From: an uncultured Planctomycetota bacterium
GTDB lineage: Bacteria; Planctomycetota; Planctomycetia; Pirellulales; PALSA-1355
Assembly (NCBI GenBank): GCA_963711515.1
Contig: CAVQEL010000052.1
Span: 53,235-117,234 of the forward strand
Direction: 5' to 3'
DNA length: 64,000 bases
The notes below the pieces were generated by a model, which did not search any database, was not told where the DNA came from, and saw only the letters and a program-made list of their open reading frames with translations. Shown in pieces: positions 60,580-64,000 of this stretch; the stretch's first letter is position 1, and each line of letters opens with the position of its first letter. The position numbers were made by a program, and so were the translations under genes.

Positions 60580-61074
60580 ATGACGCAAGCGACAAATCCC
60601 ATTCCTGCCGGACGCGAAGGCCTGATTCCGCACCTCGTGTGCGCGGGCGCCGCCGAAGCGATCGAGTTCTACAAGCGGGCATTCGGCGCCGACGAGATGA
60701 TGCGGATGCCCGGCCCCGACGGCAAACGGCTGATGCACGCGGCGATCTCGATCGACGGGCACCCGCTGTTTCTGGTCGACGACTTTCCGGAAATGGCCGG
60801 CGGCAAACCGCAATCGCCCACCGGGCTCGGTGGCACGCCAGTCACGATTCACCGCTTCGTGAAGGACTGCGACGCCGCGATCAAGCGGGCCGAGGAAGCC
60901 GGCGCCACGGTGCGGATGCCTCCGCAGGACATGTTCTGGGGGGATCGATACGGCCAGGTGGTCGACCCATGGGGCCACTGCTGGTCGTTCGGTACGCACC
61001 AGCGAGACCTGACGCCCGAGGAGATCACCCGTGCGATGAACTGTGCCTTCGAGCAGGCGCAGGCCGCGAAGTAA
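60580..61074 (+). CDS. VOC/glyoxalase-family protein (PhnB-like)
   Basis: ATG 60580 after a GAAGGAG RBS. 164 aa with ..IPHLVC..AAEAIEFYKRAFGA.E......PDGK.LMHA...I.G..L...D and ..FWGDRYGQVVDPWGH.W. Confidence 0.8.
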   Translation: MTQATNPIPAGREGLIPHLVCAGAAEAIEFYKRAFGADEMMRMPGPDGKRLMHAAISIDGHPLFLVDDFPEMAGGKPQSPTGLGGTPVTIHRFVKDCDAAIKRAEEAGATVRMPPQDMFWGDRYGQVVDPWGHCWSFGTHQRDLTPEEITRAMNCAFEQAQAAK

Positions 61075-61311
61075 CGCTGCTGATCGACGAACCGGCTGGC
61101 TACCGCGTGCGGTGGGACCCGTCCCGTCCACGCGGCCGCCGCGCCGGAGCCCGGTGCTTGAGCAGCCCCCGCCGTTCATTTCTGCTTTGTCGCGTTTCGG
61201 CGGCCTTTTTGGCTTACTTGGCGCACATGCCGCATCTCGGTGCCCTCGGTGTTCTCGGTGGCCAGCATGTCCGCGAATGTCCGGCGATGGGCAAGCTAGC
61301 ACGCCAAAGCG

Positions 61312-62713
61312 CTATTCGCCCAGCATCGATTTGCGCCGCAAGATGTGGTGATAGTGCTGGGCGAAGCGATGGGCTTCGTCGCGGACGTATTGCAATAGCC
61401 GCAGGGCGTAGGAGTGACGACTCAGCCGCAGCGGCTCGTCCTGGCCCATCACAAAAATCTCTTCTTCGCGCTTCGCCAGCGAGATGGTCTTGGGAGGCTC
61501 GATCTCGCAAGTCGGTGAACGCCTCCAGCGCGGCCGAGAGTTGCCCCTTGCCCCCGTCGATGAGCAGCAAATCGGGAAAGATCTGCGAGTCGTCGTGCAG
61601 CCGCTGGAACCGCCGGGCGATCACTTCGCGAATGCTGGCGAAGTCGTCGATGCCCTGGACGTCGCGAATCTTGAACCGCCGATAGTGCGGTTTGAACGGC
61701 AACCCGTCGATGAACTGCACGAGGCTGGCCACGGTCTCGCCGCCCCCCAGGTGCGCGATGTCGACCCCTTCGATCGTGCGCGGCTGCTCGGCCAGCTTGA
61801 GCACTTTTTGCAGGCCGGCCAACCCCTTTTTCGGATCAACGTAAAACACCTCGGGCTGAACGTGCGTCTCCAGTTCGCCCCGCTCATCGAGCGTTTCGAG
61901 CATGTGGATTTCGTCGCGCAGCCGGGCCGCCTGCTCGAATCGCAAGTCGGCGGCCGCGGCTTTCATCTCCGCTTTCATCTCGTCCAACAGCCGCCGCTTG
62001 TTCCCTTCCAGAAACATCCGCAGGCGGTGAATGTCGCGGCGATAGTCCTCTTTCGAGATCCGCAAGTTGCACGGCGCCGAGCACTGGTCGATCGACGCCA
62101 AGAGACAGGGGCGAAACCAGCGCCACTTCTCGTCCGACTCATCGATGTCGAGTGAGCAGGTGCGGAACTTGAAAATTTTTTGCAGCACCTGGATCGCCCC
62201 CCGCAGGCTGCCGGCGCTGGCGAACGGGCCGTACAGCTTCGTGCCCCGCTCGTGCGGCGTGCGGGTAAACTCGACGCGGGGAAAATCCTCCCGGGTGGTG
62301 ATCTCCAGGTAAGGGAACGTCTTGTCGTCCTTCAGGTCCTGGTTGTACTTCGGCTGCACGTCCTTGATCAGCCGGGCTTCGGCCAGCAGCGCGTCGACTT
62401 CGCTCTCGCACCCCAGGAAGTCGATGTCCGCGATCTCGCGGACCATGTCGGCCGTGCGGCGCTCCTCGGCCGCGGCCTTGAGAAAATAACTGCCCGCCCG
62501 GGCCCGCAGGTTTTTGGCCTTGCCGACGTAAATCACGCGTCCGGCCGAATCCTTCATCAGGTACACGCCCGGCGTCTGCGGAAACTCGCGCACTTTGGCC
62601 AACGCCCGCCGGAAACCGGGCGAACCGCCCGACGCCAGTTCAACGGCGCCGTCGTACGGGCCGGACTCCGCAGCCGGATCGGGAGGCGTCTCAGAATGGG
62701 TTTCGTCGGACAT
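61312..62713 (-). CDS. uvrC: Excinuclease ABC subunit C, short form without a C-terminal (HhH)2 domain; apparent frameshift at ~61507
   Basis: GIY-YIG (PGVYLMKD..GRVIYVGKAKNLRARAGSYF), UVR domain (..LRFEQAARLRDEIHMLE) and endonuclease domain (IEGVDIAHLGG, PDLLLIDGGKGQL). After ..EAFTDL the protein-like frame gives EIEPPKTISLAKREEEIF...LLQYVRDEAHRFAQHYHHILRRKSMLGE and then a stop. Confidence 0.85.
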
Positions 62714-62807
62714 GGAAGCTGCCGGCCGGATTCGTCAATTGTCCGTGGACTCGAGCGTCGTCCGCTCGTTGCATTCTATCGGGCCGTGCCAGCGGGGAGC
62801 CCGGTAT

Positions 62808-64000
62808 TCAGCCGCCCAGGTGCGAAAACGCCGTCAAATCGCCCCCCAGGTCGGCCAGCCGCTGGGCCAACTCGGCCTTGGTCGTGTCGAGGTTGGCCAA
62901 TTGCTCCGCGGGCTCGTAGGTGAACATGTAGAACTTCACCTTGGGCTCGGTGCCCGAGGGACGCACGGCCACGTACGTGCCCTCGGCCTCGAGGTCGAGC
63001 ATGACCATGTCCCCGTGGGGGCCCTCGAACGATTTGGCAGGGCCACCCGGCGCGTGCTCCTTCAGGCTCTGGTAGTCGCGGCACCCGCCGCACGGCGAGG
63101 CCCGCCAGCTGCGTCGGCGGATCCGTGCGGAAACGGGCCATCAACGCGGCCATCTGGGTCATTCCCTCGGACCCCGGCAGCACGATTGAAATCTGCGACT
63201 CGGCGTGGCAACCGTATTGCCAGTAGAGCGCGTCGAGCTTCTCGTGCAGCGACTGGCCGATGGCCTTCTGGTGCGCGGCCAACTCGGCCAGCAGCATGGC
63301 CGCCACCGCGGCGTCCTTGTCGCGGGCATAAGTGCCGGCCAGGTAACCGTGCGACTCTTCGGCACCAAAAACGAACCGCTCCGGCCCCCGCTCGTCCATC
63401 GTGCCGCCGATGTACTTGAAGCCGACCAGCAGGTTGCCGTAGGTCTGCACGCCGTACGCGTCGGCGATCCGCCGGGCCATTTCGGTGGTGACCAGCGTCT
63501 TGACGATGTAATGCTCGGGCGTGAGGCGGCCCGCCGCTTTCCAGCGGTCGAGCACGTACTCGACCAGCAGCGCCCCGATCTGGTTGCCGGTCATCGTGGC
63601 CCACTCGGCACCAGGTTTGAACGACAGCGGAGCGGCCAGCCCGATCCGGTCGCAATCGGGATCGCTGGCCAGCGCCAGATCGGCGCCGATCTCTTGAGCC
63701 CGGGCGATGATCGAGGTGAAGACGTCTTTGTTCTCGGGATTGGCGATGTGCTTGGGGACGTTGGGAAAATCGCCGTCGGGCGTGGCATGCGGGCCGAACT
63801 CCTCGACGTCGCGAAACCCGTCCGCCGCCAGCGCCGGCAAGACGGCCGTCGCTCCCACGCCGTGCAGCGGCGAATAGATGATCTTCAGCTCGCGCGGTCC
63901 CGGCAACGCCTGAGCATGAACGGCCGCGATGTAGGCCTTGTCGACTTCCTCCTGGCAGAACTCGACCTGGCCGCTGGCCACGGCCTCGGCAAACGGCGTG
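62808..64000 (-). CDS. Phospho-sugar mutase (PGM/PMM alpha-D-phosphohexomutase family), N-terminus outside the window; apparent 1-nt insertion at ~63080
   Basis: Motifs SDPDCDRIG (metal loop), GAEESHGY, and after the shift ..LAVRRV/RDYQSL.. the C-terminal domain block VAVRPSGTEPKVKFY (ORF 62808-63008). The frame is open to base 64000. Confidence 0.85.

Noticed and set aside
61159-61211. Terminator between the VOC gene and uvrC (CCGCCG...CGGCGG followed by CCTTTTT)
   Set aside because: The 6-bp stem has a ~24-nt loop, which is too weak to report as a feature.

Overview
High-GC bacterial chromosomal segment. The gene content points to Planctomycetota, probably Pirellulales-like (inference): a prepilin-type DUF1559 'H-X9-DG' protein, PEP-CTERM proteins, an Flp pilin and many secreted hypotheticals. 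I support about 55 protein genes, one tRNA (anticodon CAT), three intrinsic terminators, one candidate promoter/operator and two repeat systems. There are no rRNA genes, CRISPR arrays, transposases or integrases. Main gene sets: glycan/EPS genes (two SDR epimerases, a GT2, Wza-like export, a TPR lipoprotein); a beta-oxidation block (hydratase/dehydrogenase, thiolase, acyl-CoA ligase, acyl-CoA dehydrogenase); housekeeping genes (ispD, tyrS, rdgB, mtaB, clpS, serS, glmM-type mutase, carA, mraZ, pyrG, kdsB, glmS, uvrC); and a more A/T-rich patch after the tRNA holding PEP-CTERM cargo, DUF1559, a methyltransferase and an XrtA-type deacetylase. CAVEAT: as given, the sequence carries about 22 single-base frame disruptions and two missing stop codons. 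These affect essential single-copy genes (tyrS three times, ispD) and sit mostly at short homopolymers. I read them as consensus indel errors and annotate genes across them, so the ORF track splits these genes. The most interesting locus is a four-gene minus-strand operon (35476-41526). It encodes a giant tandem-repeat coiled-coil protein, an FGE/SUMF1-fold protein, a zinc-ribbon TRAFAC GTPase and a GAP1-N2-like protein. I propose it is an uncharacterised GTPase-centred system, either conflict/defence or cytoskeletal. Secondary leads: a ~170-190 nt repeated element with a closing inverted repeat that truncates a methyltransferase paralog; a KAS-rhodanese-GT2-radical SAM cluster (HpnI/HpnJ-like order); palindromic TGGG..CCCA boxes in front of an orphan mraZ; and a cysteine-rich secreted protein.
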